A stretch of DNA of 64,000 bases from Blepharisma stoltei ATCC 30299 (GCA_965603825.1 CBFDEM010000044.1:62001-126000), one strand, 5' to 3'. Shown: positions 51,514 to 63,811, numbered from the stretch's first letter. Notes: generated by a model not told the origin, from the letters alone. A program made the numbers and translations.

Positions 51514-51825
51514 ATGGGATCAAGCAACGATAAAATTGAAAAGGAAGAGACTGAACAAGACATATCGCAATCTAGCACAATAGATTCTGAAAATTATCTA
51601 TCATCTTCGCATATAGATGATCTCAATCTAAAAGAAAGCCCGCAAGAAGAAATTCTCAAATTCATAGTTTCTGGTTATGCACAAATGAATAAGCGAATAC
51701 AAGATACTAAAAAAAGCATAAAGAAAGAACAAAGAAAGGCAAGGAAAAACAAAACTGTGCCATCTCAGCAACCTGAAAGGTTTAAAAGGAAAGTAATGCC
51801 ACGATTGATAGCTGCTATAAATTAA
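51514..51825 (+). CDS. Small orphan family member 3 (MG-start, 103 aa)
   Basis: Gap-free paralogue of member 2, with shared upstream sequence. Confidence 0.8.
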   Translation: MGSSNDKIEKEETEQDISQSSTIDSENYLSSSHIDDLNLKESPQEEILKFIVSGYAQMNKRIQDTKKSIKKEQRKARKNKTVPSQQPERFKRKVMPRLIAAIN

Positions 51826-52303
51826 TATGTTTTCTTTATTAATCTGCTTAAAAACTTAATTATTTTGACTTAGAGTTTATTTCGGTTTCAAAAGGAAATG
51901 TATGCAGCATATATTTAAGACTGAGCTATTTACTTTTTAAAATAAAAAGGACGCATTTATAAATTTTTACTTGAGATATTATCAATGCAATATTTGAGAA
52001 TACTAAAGATTTTTATTATAATAAAAAATTAATTAAATCTCGACTTTATGAAATATAGAACTAAATATTTAACTTAATATAGGTTCGGGAATTAAAGCTA
52101 TATGAGAATTTACTATATATTTTATATAATATCAAGCTTATCATATTTATGCTTGATGGCTTCAAATTCATTCATTCATTAATTGTAGCGCTTTTATGTC
52201 AAAAATACTTTAATGACTATCAAGAATAATATTTTAAATATCCCAGCAATCAGAAATTTTCAGAAATATGATTGATATATGAGTCAGAATTAATCCATTT
52301 ATA

Positions 52304-52567
52304 ATGGGAGCAAATATCAATAAAATTGAAAAGCAAAATTCAACCAAAGACTCAGCTGATTCCGAAACCACAGAAAGCAGTGAATTAGACTTGACCACTA
52401 CTGACTTAAACAGTTATAATATTAAAGGAAACTCAAAAGCAGAACTGCTAAAATCCATAGTTTCGAACTATGCATTAATGAATAAAAGGATACAAGAAAC
52501 TAAAGCAAGCATAAAGAAAAGCCAAAGAAAGCCAAAAAAAAAGAAAGACATTTCCTACAAAAATTAA
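52304..52567 (+). CDS. Small orphan family member 4 (MG-start, 87 aa)
   Basis: Core IVSNYALMNKRIQETK shared with members 2 and 3. Confidence 0.75.
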   Translation: MGANINKIEKQNSTKDSADSETTESSELDLTTTDLNSYNIKGNSKAELLKSIVSNYALMNKRIQETKASIKKSQRKPKKKKDISYKN

Positions 52568-53282
52568 AGCTTTCTTGTAAAAAATAATCTAAATAAGTAT
52601 TAAAAGCAATGATTTACTTTTTATTCCAAGAATATTATATTAATATTTTGATAAGATATAGTTTACCTGTTCGTATAAAATTTCACCTTTTATAAAACAA
52701 ATGAAGAAATAGTTATGAAGAAAAATAGAACAGAATTAATTAGCTTGGATTATTAAATTATTATCTCATTCAGATTGATTTAACTGAACTGGTTTATATA
52801 AATTAAAGAAATAAACCCTGATTGTAATTCAAAATATTTATATTATGATATAAATATAGAAGCAGGTTTAACATGAAACCATGAAATGCGCATTGTAAAA
52901 AAAGTGATTTTAATCAAGTTGATATAGCATCAACCCGTTAAAATTACACTCATATAATATCTCTATAGTAAATAGTTCCTTAAAGTTGCTCTTAAATTCT
53001 TTAAAACTGTTTATATTCCCAAATCTATTTTCTGCTAAACATTCACTATATTTTCTAATTACAATCGCTCCCCAAAGCCAAATAAAGCTCGCAAAATTTA
53101 TTATTCAAAAAATTTCCCATATTAAAATTTCTAAAAAATGCAATAAAAATATTTTAAAATAAAAAACTTTAATAATAACATTTCCAATAATCAATCACCT
53201 AATGCTTTGCTATTTAATTTTAATATTCCTGCCACTCCTTTCTCGCTCTCTGCTTCTCTCACCACCAAATTTGATATAAAAT

Positions 53283-53966
53283 ATGGACAGGTATCAGCTT
53301 GCCACTTCTCTTTTAGGTTTATGGGACGAAAAGACATGGATGCCAATATTTAGAGGTCCCAGATATCGTCGTTACCAATCAATTGACAAGATGATGGATC
53401 TCATCGAAATTGCTGGAAAATCAGCCCCTGTTTTCCCAGTCGAAGCAGTCCTTTTGAATCCAATGGACGACGAGTGGGACGACCAGATGACTTATATCAA
53501 TATTAACTACGGCTGGATATGGAGTCATGTTTTTGTGCATTTAGGATTACCATTGAGCGTTTATATCTACAACCACAACTTGATTCATTATAATGTCCAC
53601 TATCGCGCTCTCAAATGGTTTTTACCTTTAGTTATGGTCTGGCAATTCGAAAAATGCTATAAATATTATAGAACTCAGCTGACAAAAGGGATTTTGTTTG
53701 ATGAATATGTACAAGCAAGGGCTGATGAGCTGATAGCGCAAAGAGAGCATTTACTCCACACTGAGCAAGTAAAAAAATATTTAACCTGGCAAATTGACTA
53801 TAAAGAGACATTAAATAAAATCAAGAGAGAGCAAACCAACAACCATGCGAGTGATTTCAAGCAGGCAGAACTTGCCTTACAATCTTTTATTAATAGATGG
53901 GTAGATCCTGCTGTAGGAATCAAATATCCATTGGCTGGACCTCGCTACCAGTGGGGAGGATTTTAA
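53283..53966 (+). CDS. Probable ciliate-specific mitochondrial ATP synthase subunit (ATPTT7-like)
   Basis: Motifs LLNPMDDEWDD, LFDEYVQARADEL and NNHASDFK match my recollection of a Tetrahymena type III ATP synthase subunit; two hydrophobic segments. The subunit number is not verified. Confidence 0.65.
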   Translation: MDRYQLATSLLGLWDEKTWMPIFRGPRYRRYQSIDKMMDLIEIAGKSAPVFPVEAVLLNPMDDEWDDQMTYININYGWIWSHVFVHLGLPLSVYIYNHNLIHYNVHYRALKWFLPLVMVWQFEKCYKYYRTQLTKGILFDEYVQARADELIAQREHLLHTEQVKKYLTWQIDYKETLNKIKREQTNNHASDFKQAELALQSFINRWVDPAVGIKYPLAGPRYQWGGF

Positions 53967-54537
53967 GATTAAGCTTAAAACAGGTTCGAAAATTGGGAAT
54001 TTAATAAGTTTTTGTGATAAACATCTTAAGTTGGAACATATAGAGAAAAATTTATAATTCATGATATTAAAGAATATGAGTTTATTTCACAAATTAATAA
54101 TTTTTTAAAATTAAATAAAATTATCGAATTTATATATAACTTACTGACAGCTTTCGCAGCCTAAAAAGGATTATTTTGGTCAGTTAAAAGATTTAAGATT
54201 TTATGTGTCTAAATAGCATCATGATTAATCTTAAAATTTGTTTTGAGTGACATAAATTAATTTAGGCGAGGTAAAACTGCTTGAGAATAATTATTTAATT
54301 CTATTGAAACCTAAATCTAAATTTATTATTCTTCAATCAATCATTTTCTTTGATATCTATTCCATTTATATTTTAAAGACTTGTGGTTTAATCCAATTTA
54401 TCAAGAATGAGACTAAAAATCGATGATTCTAACAACTATAAATAATAAAGCGATCTCTCCATATTAAAGTTTAGCTATAAAAAGTAATATTTCAGTGAGA
54501 GATTTTTGTGGGTTATAAGTTATTTATTTAATTTACT

Positions 54538-54975
54538 CTATCTTAAGGAATTAAATGTCTTGCTTCGGTGGAGTTCGCGTTCTTTTGGTCTTATATCTTC
54601 AAGAATATTTACAAGACCTGCTTTCCTCTCAATCCCTGGAGAATCATCCAGTTCTTTTTTAAGATCAGTAAGCATTCTGTTTACTCCATCGAATCCGGAC
54701 TGTGCGTATATATAAGGTAAGTACTTTAGTGTCCTCCCTGATTTGTGATTTCCTAGATACTCGCTAGAAGATCCTATACATGCATTGCAACTTTCAATTC
54801 GAGGCCTGGTTTTTGTTAAAGGTGGTAGCTTGATTTGTTCAGAAAATCGTCGATATTCATCTTGAACTGCTTTTTTAGGTGACGGTATTTGTACTGATGG
54901 CTTACGCTGCATCGCTAAACTTATTGGCATGTGTAAATTATATGATCGTGGCATCTCAAGTTTGAGTTCCATCAT
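54538..54975 (-). CDS. Hypothetical protein, 145 aa
   Basis: Clean ORF with higher GC than its flanks. Confidence 0.6.
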   Translation of the reverse strand: MMELKLEMPRSYNLHMPISLAMQRKPSVQIPSPKKAVQDEYRRFSEQIKLPPLTKTRPRIESCNACIGSSSEYLGNHKSGRTLKYLPYIYAQSGFDGVNRMLTDLKKELDDSPGIERKAGLVNILEDIRPKERELHRSKTFNSLR

Positions 54976-55396
54976 TTTTTAATTTTCACCACTTATTTAT
55001 TTGGTATATTAATTGAAATGGAGTTAAGGAATCGAATTTTTCATTATTCTTATTTATGATGGTATTAAAACATAGGATTAATTTAATTGATAACCTAAAC
55101 TAATCTCATGAAAAATTAATTATATTTAGAAATCTAAAAAATTATTGGAAATTTTTTAATTAAAAAAATAAATAATTCTGTCTTGAAAATTAAGCAGTAT
55201 AATAGCCAAATTTTTACTAATTATTATTTCATATCATTTTATTTTATTTTTTATTTTTTCCAAGCTATTATTTTAAAAAATTATTTCTTCATGCTCTTAT
55301 CTAATTTTATTCCCATTTTAATGCAGCTTATATATACAAAATTCTCTTGGCTCTATATCACCATGAGTAATTTATTATACTGTTAATACAATTAAG

Positions 55397-56473
55397 ATGG
55401 GAAACTGCAACCTTCGAATGGACAACTACGATCCCACAGTCAGCTTAAATCGGCAGAATTTTCAATTCCATTACCCAATCGGCAAAGGAGGGTTCGGTAA
55501 AGTCTGAAAAGTGACGCAAAAAAAGAGCAAAACGACCTACGCTTTAAAAGAAATGCTCAAATCTCGAATTATAGCAAAAAGATCTGCTCATTCTGTTATG
55601 AACGAAAGACGGCTTTTAGCGATTCTCAGGCATCCTTTTATCGTTAATATGCACTATGCATTCCAAGATCGCGAAAATCTATATTTAGTCATGGATCTTA
55701 TGCCAGGTGGAGACCTTCGCTATCATCTCAGCAAAGTTCACAAGTTTTCTGAGGAACAAACAAAATTTTTTGTAGCCTGCTTGGTCATTGCATTCGAATA
55801 TCTCCACAAAAATAACATAATTCACCGAGATATCAAGCCTGAAAACATTGTTTTGGACGATCTTGGGTATGCACATTTGACAGATTTTGGGATAGCCAGG
55901 GTTTTTCAGCCTGAAAATTCTAACGAAACTTCGGGGACTCCTGGCTATATGGCCCCAGAAGTTTTGTGTCGGCAAAATCATGGTTTTGCCGTTGACTATT
56001 TTGCTTTAGGTGTTCTTGGATTTGAATTTATGACTGGGAGAAGGCCTTATTTAGGTAAGGATAGAAAAGAAATTAGAGATGCAATTTTGGCAAGACAGGT
56101 ACAGTTAAAAAGAAGCGACATACCTGAAGGCTGGTCCCTTGAAGCTGCAGATTTTATTAATAAATTAATACAAAGAAAGCCACAAAATCGATTAGGATCA
56201 CTTGGTGTAGAAGAAGTAAAAGAACATGCATGGCTTAGAGACGTCCAATGGGAAAAATTATTCGATAAAAATCTGAACCCTCCCTATAAGCCACCAGTCG
56301 CTGATAACTTTGATAGCCGACAAGTTATGAACGGGTGGAAAGACGAAATTTCTAGCAGCACAAAAGAAGCGTCAAATCAGGGCCTATTTAATGGGTACTT
56401 TTACGACCTTAATTTGCAAAGTGAAGGAGTTAACTATACAACGGATACTTCTAAGATTGAGAAGAAAATATAA
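55397..56473 (+). CDS. AGC-group Ser/Thr protein kinase, ~358 aa
   Basis: MGNC start; IGKGGFGKV[W]KV with TGA at 55505-55507; YALK, HRDIKPEN, DFG, SGTPGYMAPE and an AGC tail PPYKP..NFD. Confidence 0.95.
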
Positions 56474-56622
56474 TTATTGATAAATTATGAGTTTTTGGTG
56501 TAAAAATATATAAAAATTTGGAGCCTGGCTTAAATTTTATGATTATTTGTTAATTAAAGAAAATTCCCGAATCCCCATTTATTTAACCTCCATTTCAAAA
56601 TTCCCGATGTAATCCATTTATA

Positions 56623-57429
56623 ATGACTGAATATTGTGATAGGATTTATATCAGAGGATTTCCGTCCTCCTACACCTCAGACTCTCTGCGCGAGCGCTTT
56701 AGAGAGTATGGGCCTATCAAGTCAATTTACATTACCAACAATGAAGGCACTGCTCCTTTTGGGATCATCAGATATAAAAATCCTAATAATGCCCCAAAAG
56801 CAGTCGAAGCAGCCAACGCTAAACAAGAAGGCGATATCACTTGGTATGTAGCAATATGCGAAAAAAAGAACGAAAGAAAAGCAAAAAGGGTCAATGCCCA
56901 CAATCAAAATATTGAGATATGGAAAAAGACCAATTTGTTTGTCAAAGGGCTGCCTAGCGATGTCACTAATGAAAAGCTGCAAGCCCATTTCGGAATTTAT
57001 GGAGATATCACCTCGATTAGCATAAAGAATGATAAAGTTTTCGTATGCTTTGATAAAGAAGAAGACGCGAAAAAAGCAATTGAGGATGCAAAAACGAGGC
57101 TTTTTGAAGAAAAAAAATTAAATGTCACGTCTTGGATCCCAGAGAGGGAACTAAAATTAAAAATGATGATTAATCAAAGGAAAAGACAAATGTATAAAGT
57201 GAGACAGGAACGCAAAAAAAAGAAAAGTGAAGAACGAGGGCAAACGGCTACAGAGGAAGCTAAAGAAGCAGAGCCAGCAATGGAAAAGCAAGACATCATA
57301 GCTAAAGAAGCAGAACTAGCAAAGGAAGAACAAGAAAAAACAGCTACAGAGGAAGCTAAAGAAGCAGGACCAGCAAAGGAAGAGCAAGAAAGCATAGCAA
57401 AAGAAGCAGAACCAGCAAAAGAAGAATAA
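56623..57429 (+). CDS. Two-RRM RNA-binding protein (PABP-like RRMs) with a repetitive acidic tail
   Basis: RIYIRGFP / PFGIIRY and TNLFVKGLP / VFVCF RNP motifs. Confidence 0.8.
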   Translation: MTEYCDRIYIRGFPSSYTSDSLRERFREYGPIKSIYITNNEGTAPFGIIRYKNPNNAPKAVEAANAKQEGDITWYVAICEKKNERKAKRVNAHNQNIEIWKKTNLFVKGLPSDVTNEKLQAHFGIYGDITSISIKNDKVFVCFDKEEDAKKAIEDAKTRLFEEKKLNVTSWIPERELKLKMMINQRKRQMYKVRQERKKKKSEERGQTATEEAKEAEPAMEKQDIIAKEAELAKEEQEKTATEEAKEAGPAKEEQESIAKEAEPAKEE

Positions 57430-57435
57430 AAAAAT
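57244..57435 (+). repeat. Two copies of a 96-nt coding tandem repeat with internal AKEAEPAKEE sub-repeats
   Basis: Units begin at 57244 and 57340 (TATEEAKEA...AKEE). Confidence 0.85.
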
Positions 57436-57855
57436 CCAGCGAAAGAAGAAGGTGAGTGCCAATGATAGAAAATTTAAAAGGAAAAACTAAATAATTACTC
57501 ATCTTCAAATAAAATTCTATTTATATAATTTATGTAATTATAGATTGGACTCAAAATGTGTATAAAAAACTGTTTATGAATTTATTGATGCTTGATAATT
57601 TTTCTCAGCTTTTAGGAATGAAAACTTTTATTTTCAAGCAACAGTCATTTTAATAAATTTATTAAATTTCATTGTATTGAATTCATTTTTTTTAATAGAA
57701 AATAGCTCATATGTATAGGTTTTATAAGAGAAATTAGTTTAATATCATCTAAAAATTACCTGAAAAATATTTCCCCGCTCTAACTTATCATAATTAAACC
57801 ATTCTTGATTTTATTACCTAAAAAATTAATTTCGATAGCAAATAATTTCTAATAT

Positions 57856-58308
57856 ATGGCGAGCTTGACAAGGAGAATCCAAAAGGAAACTGAGCGTTTG
57901 ACGAATGACCCAGTCATCGGCATTTCAGCCCATGCAGACCCTGCTAACCCAAGATATTTTCACATCCAGATAGCGGGCCCTGTTTCTTCTCCTTATGAAG
58001 GAGGACTTTTTGAGCTCGAACTTTTCTTACCTGATGACTATCCTATGTGTCCTCCAAAGGTCCGCTTTCTAACTAAAATTTATCACCCAAATGTGGATAG
58101 GCTTGGAAGAATCTGTTTGGATGTTCTAAAGGACAAATGGTCTCCAGCTCTTCAAATTAGGTCAGTCTTATTAAGCATTCAAGCGCTTATGAGTTGTCCT
58201 AATCCTGATGATCCTTTAGATCCTCAAATAGCAAGACATTGGAAAGAAGACGAAACTGGTGCGATCAGAATGGCTACAGAGTGGTGTAGACAGTATGCCC
58301 GTGGATAA
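57856..58308 (+). CDS. UBC13: Ubiquitin-conjugating enzyme E2 N (Ubc13)
   Basis: [47 protein letters not shown]. Confidence 0.93.
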   Translation: MASLTRRIQKETERLTNDPVIGISAHADPANPRYFHIQIAGPVSSPYEGGLFELELFLPDDYPMCPPKVRFLTKIYHPNVDRLGRICLDVLKDKWSPALQIRSVLLSIQALMSCPNPDDPLDPQIARHWKEDETGAIRMATEWCRQYARG

Positions 58309-58447
58309 AAAAGTTAATAAGATAATAGACTATTTCATTAGAAGGATTATTTTAATTATTTTTTCGAGAGAATATTCAGTGGAACAGAAAATGGGATAAT
58401 GATATGCACGATTTTAAAAAGATTAATCTTTTTCATTATTTTATAAT

Positions 58448-61400
58448 ATGAGCTTAGAACGAAACCTCTACAATCCTCAACAAAATAAACAAGTGCAGTT
58501 AAAAATCCCTCCGTTAAATATGGGCTGAACTGAGAAAAAGCCAAAACCAGAATCTTTGTCATATGATCACGATTCCATGAAAAAAATCAGTCATAGCCAT
58601 GCACAGTCTACACTTGATTTTTCAAGTTTTTCACAAAGTAAAACTATGAGGTCTATTAATAGAGTTAATAGAGAACAGTTGAAGGATTTTTTAAGTGTCG
58701 AGCGCAAGGCAGGCTTGATTGCAGCTAAATCTTGCAGAGATGTTTCTCATTTAAAAGATGAACACCAATTAAGCAAACACAATGTAAAACTCCCAGATTT
58801 GGCTGGGAATAAATCTGTGACCCAAGTTCTGCCAATTTCTCCTGAACATTTGAAAATGTTTATTAATTCTACTGATAAGCTAGGCTTTCCAGCTACATCT
58901 CCAAGAGGAATTATGAATGGACTTGGCTGTTCAAAAGAAAAATGTTTAGAAAAAGTAATGGGAGATACTGAAAGCACCAGCTCTTTTCAAGACAGTTTAG
59001 ATCAATTTAAATCAAAAATAAAAGCAAAAAGCCTTATCCAGAAATCTTCACAGTCAAAATTTCTTGACTCAGTATTAACTCAAAAAAAAATTGTCCAAAA
59101 AGAAGACCCCTTTATATACCTAGGTTCCCCAAGTGGGAGACAAGAAGTCCAGAATTTAAATGAATGATATAACTACATGCAGGAAAATTATCTTAACAAA
59201 TTTTTGGATCAGAAAATATTAAGTGAAATGGGCGAAGAAGAAAAAAATGATAAATTTGAGATCGCAGACGTTATATTAAAAACTGGCCTAAGAGAAATAG
59301 TCAGACAAGTGTCTGTTCACTGTGTAGAAAGAGGAGAATTACTGTCAGTCATTGCAGAAAGATATCTTGATTATTGAAAAATCTGTTGTTCTTTACTAGA
59401 AGACGCTAATAAAAAAATAAAAGAAGATCTCACCAAAGAAATCGACAAACTTCATGCAATTATCAAAGAAAAAGACCGCATGTATAATCAAAAAATCCTG
59501 GAACTTGGCCGTGAAAATGCTTTTATTCAAGCTTCTTCTAATATAAAAGACATTGAAATTAACCGTTTGCATGAAAATATCAGAAAATTCAAAGCTGAGC
59601 GTGAGTATCGCATGAAGAAAGACTTTGAGCACTATACCAATGCTATAAGGAAATTTCAAGAAGAGCTAAAAGAGTCTGAATTTAATAACTCAGACTATGT
59701 AAAAACAGGGAAATCCAAGGTTTTTATTATGCAAAAACTAGATGAAGCCCAAAAAATCGTATCAAAGTTAAGGTTAAGGAAAGATTTTAATGACGCTATG
59801 ACTATAGTAGATAGCGAAGAAGGCGTAGCTTGGATTGACCAAGATATGCTTGATGAAGAAATAGAAGAACCTTATAAAGATGAAGAAATCCAAGTAGAAA
59901 TTTGTAAAGAAACTGAGGATAAAGAGACTATGACTCTGAGAGATATGGTAAATAGGTCAATGGAAACTGATGAAATTGAATATCATGAATACCATGAGGA
60001 AATGCCAAGAATTGAAGATCAAGGAGAAGAAGAGGAATATCAAGAAGAAGCACAAGAAATTATGATTCTTGAAAATGATGAAAATAATAGCTTTTTAATT
60101 GATGAAGATGGACCTGAAATAATAGAAATTAAACAAGATGTGGAGACAGTAAATACTGAAACTGAAGAAGCTGAGATAAGTCAGGACTCATCAGATTCTT
60201 CAAGATCAATTATAAAAGAAAAAATAAAAAAAACTACAGATAAAGGAAAGCTCAATAATGCTCCGCAGCAAATAAATTTTCAAAGAGGCATGAGAAGGTC
60301 TTCAACTGTATTAGGGACTATTTCAAAATCAGCGCTTGATAATATAAATCACGCAGAAATTTCATTTAATCCTAAAAGTAAAATCCGAGCGGACTCCACA
60401 AATGGGTATATATATCCAAGTGAAAATAAAAAATGACTGTCAGAAACAAAAAAGAGAAAAAATCGAGAATGCCAGACTGAAGGCCTTTTAGATGAAGATA
60501 TAAAAAATAAAGAAATTATTGAATTGATGATCAGCGATAGAGAAGAGCTGCTAAAAAAAGTCCAAAAAGAAATTTTAACAAATAAAAATGAATTAAATAA
60601 GCTGAGACTAGAAGCTGACAGATATAGGACTTTTATTCATGAAATAAGTCAACAAAATCCAGAAGAAGCTAAACATTTGTATGAAAAAATTGAAAGAGAC
60701 GTAGAAAAACTTAAAGAGAAAGGCTATATTCCAGAAGAGCTTGATTTTTCTTCATGAAAAGCTGGGTATTATTCAGGATTTGACAACGGGCATTTTGAAG
60801 GGAAAATACTAGGTGAAGAAATTGGGTTTGAAAGAGGCATGACAGAAGGTGGATCAAATCCGCAATTAAATTCAAGTATTCTTGATATATCAAACTCAAC
60901 AACAGAAGAAAATGGAATTCCCAAAGAATTATTATTAAAAGCAAAAGAAAGAAAAGGCAAAAGAAGACCGTCAGTTATGGTTGCTGAAGAGGTAGAAACT
61001 AGAAAAAATAAAAGAGCTACTACAAAAATAATGGAATTTACTTTCAATAAAAGAGAACCTAAAACGCAGGCAGACAAAAAAATTCACATGGGGCCAAAAC
61101 TTCTTGAGCATTTCTTATCAAAATCGCTAGAGAGGATTAAAAATTTCGGAAAAATCAGCAGAAAAATGCTGACTAAAAACCTATCTTATATATATTCTTG
61201 TGCAATAGCAAAACTTAAAACTGGGGAACTCATGGATTCCTTAGCTGAGTTTGCATATGATGAATTATTTGGTAAATATGGCCTTAAAAAGGTAGCTGAT
61301 AAAAAATATTTAGAAATTGTATCAACAGCGTTAAAATACCCAGATTCAATAAAAATAAGCACTTTTGCAAGGCTGATGGGTATTGGAAGCAAAATTGATT

Positions 61401-62278
61401 TAATTGATTTTTCAAGGCCAAAATTGTCATTTATTTTCTATATATCAAGTATTTCAAATATTTTTAAATCAAAAGCTGGGATTATTGTAGGCTACGATGA
61501 TAGCTCAGAGTATCAGATGATCCCAAGCATTAGAGCTACTGAATGCATAAAAGAAAAATTCAATGATTTGACCTCACAAAGCCAAATTCAAAGAATTATA
61601 GCAGCAGTAGAAAAATTGTCTCAGCCTGACCCTAAAAAGGTAAATAAAAGTGGAGTTATAGACCAAGACGTTCTATTAGAAATCATGCTATCAGAATATG
61701 AAATATATCAGTCAGGAATTGTTAGTGCTTTAAATGTGATTTTTGATGGCTTATCTGTAGCAAATAAAGTCGTATATATCAACAAAGCAGATTTAGTATT
61801 AATTACTAGATATATTTCTCCACACAAAATAAGCTTATTGGTAAATAAAGATGAAAATAATAAAGAAACTTATAGTCAAGCCCTTGTAAATCTTTGCCAG
61901 AATGATGAGGAGGAAGAAGATGAAGAAGTCCATATAGATAAGGTCATTAATTTCTGCATAGAAAAAACAATATGCAGTCCGAATGATTTAGAAAATTATG
62001 TAGGAGGAGAAGTTACGAGAAATAGACTGTTTAATTTTTTTGAAGATAGCAAAAATGAAAATATGAATATTTTGATGAAAATATTGAAAAATAAAGCAGC
62101 TTTTGGGATGTCAAGTTCTTTTGAAAGATCTTGGATTGAGAGAATTCAATATTTCTCTGACCAAATAAACAAAAAACAGCCAAAAGCTTTATATTGTGCT
62201 TGGAAACTTATAACAGATGAGCTTGCAAGGTTGAATGGTGAGTTGCAAAGTTTAGAAAAATCGAAATCTTTGTTGTAG
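58448..62278 (+). CDS. Large protein (~1276 aa) with an axonemal dynein light chain (p28-like) domain
   Basis: Single frame from ATG 58448 to TAG 62278 with TGA=Trp; GSPSGRQEVQNLNE[W]...LREIVRQVSVHCVERGELL matches the p28/AXDND1-type motif. Confidence 0.8.
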
Positions 62279-62811
62279 GTAAATATTTTATGATATTTCT
62301 AATAAATAGTCTGTTAAAATCATATAATTCAATGTCGAAACGAATAATTTAGTCATCTTTTATTATAAGTTGCTATAACTTATGATACTGCTATAGTTAT
62401 TTTTACACCAATTTAAATTTTAAGGGATTTATTTGATAAAAAATATGTCACATTTTGCTAGATAACTTCTCAAAAGTCAGCAAGGCTTTAATCTATGAAT
62501 ATTTCACTAATAGAAAAAAACTCATACATATTAATAATACATATTTTCTCAATAATTATATCTTATTTCATAAGCAAATATTCTTGCTATATATTTGCAA
62601 ACTTTTAACTGATTTACCTTAATTTTCTAACAAATATCATTCCTCACCTTATTAAAACTCTTAATTTAATTAAAATTTATCTTTACAAAACTAAATATAA
62701 AATTGGTGAATTTTCTTTTTATTAGTAAAGAGAAAAAAAATTCAAATTAACACTTTTTATCAAATTTTTTTTATTGTTAACTTAAACTATTTGTGTGTGT
62801 TGTGTAATAAA

Positions 62812-63129
62812 TTATACGCTCATTAAGTTGTCCCTCGCCATTTTAATTCGCGATTCTACCGGGGCGTTTATAATTCTGCGTTTGTGTACTCGTTCTCAAG
62901 ATTGATCATTTAGAGAATCATTCTTGAAAATTAAAATCCCTCCGATATTTTCATAAAATCGTTCCTTCGCTATTGGAATTCCCAATTCTCCAATTGAAGC
63001 CCTCAAAGACTCTAAAGAGTCTGAAGATTCAGGTTTTTCAAAAATTTGAATTGTTTTTGGAGCTATAGCTACTGTGGAGGCAAAGTGCTTTTTTTTCTTC
63101 CTAACGCAGTTTAAGAAAGAAAAGCACAT
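62812..63129 (-). CDS. Hypothetical small protein, ~105 aa, with an N-terminal Cys + polybasic segment
   Basis: MCFSFLNCVRKKKK; reads through TGA 62896 to TAA at 62812-62814. Confidence 0.6.
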
Positions 63130-63811
63130 TGATTTATTATTATTATTTGGTGATGAAATTTGTCATATTTTTAAAGTTTGATGGAAAATGCATTTCTAAA
63201 ATATAACTTAGGAGAATGAATATGGAGTCAGTGAAAGATATCGTCAAGGGTGGGCTGTTATAGTCTTTAATTTAAAGAAGTACCATTACTTGAAGGCTGG
63301 TCGAATTTGAAATATTTTGAATTTTAGGATTTTTTTGGATCAGTAAAATTTGTGATGATAGGAAATAATGACTATAAATTTTAAAAAATAAATAATTTTT
63401 AGAAGTAAAATGATTTAATTTAGTAAAGAAAATTAAAGAGGAAACTATCAAAAAGTCATATGTATCATTAGATTCAAGATCTATAAAACTCAAAAATCGT
63501 GCAAAATATTCAGTAGAAGTTATAAATTATGATTAGAGAATTCTTTTGTAAAAATGGATGCAAGTTTATACAGCTTAAAAGTTAAAAAAGAAAAGATGAA
63601 ATCTAGATTGTTTTCTTAGTGAATTTATTGCAAGCAAATAATTTGGCAGATTTGCGAGGAATTGGAATTAAATTAAATTTCAAAAATAAAATAATAAAAT
63701 TTTAAATAGATTTTCAATGTAAATAATGCATTTTCTTTATAAAAAACAATTTTTATCAGTCAAGAAATATATAACTCAAAATATAAATTTTTTTTAATTA
63801 ATAGAAAGTAG

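Noticed and set aside
3-62278. Selenocysteine or Cys decoding of UGA
   Set aside because: TGA aligns with conserved Trp and with TGG in the paralogue, not with Cys
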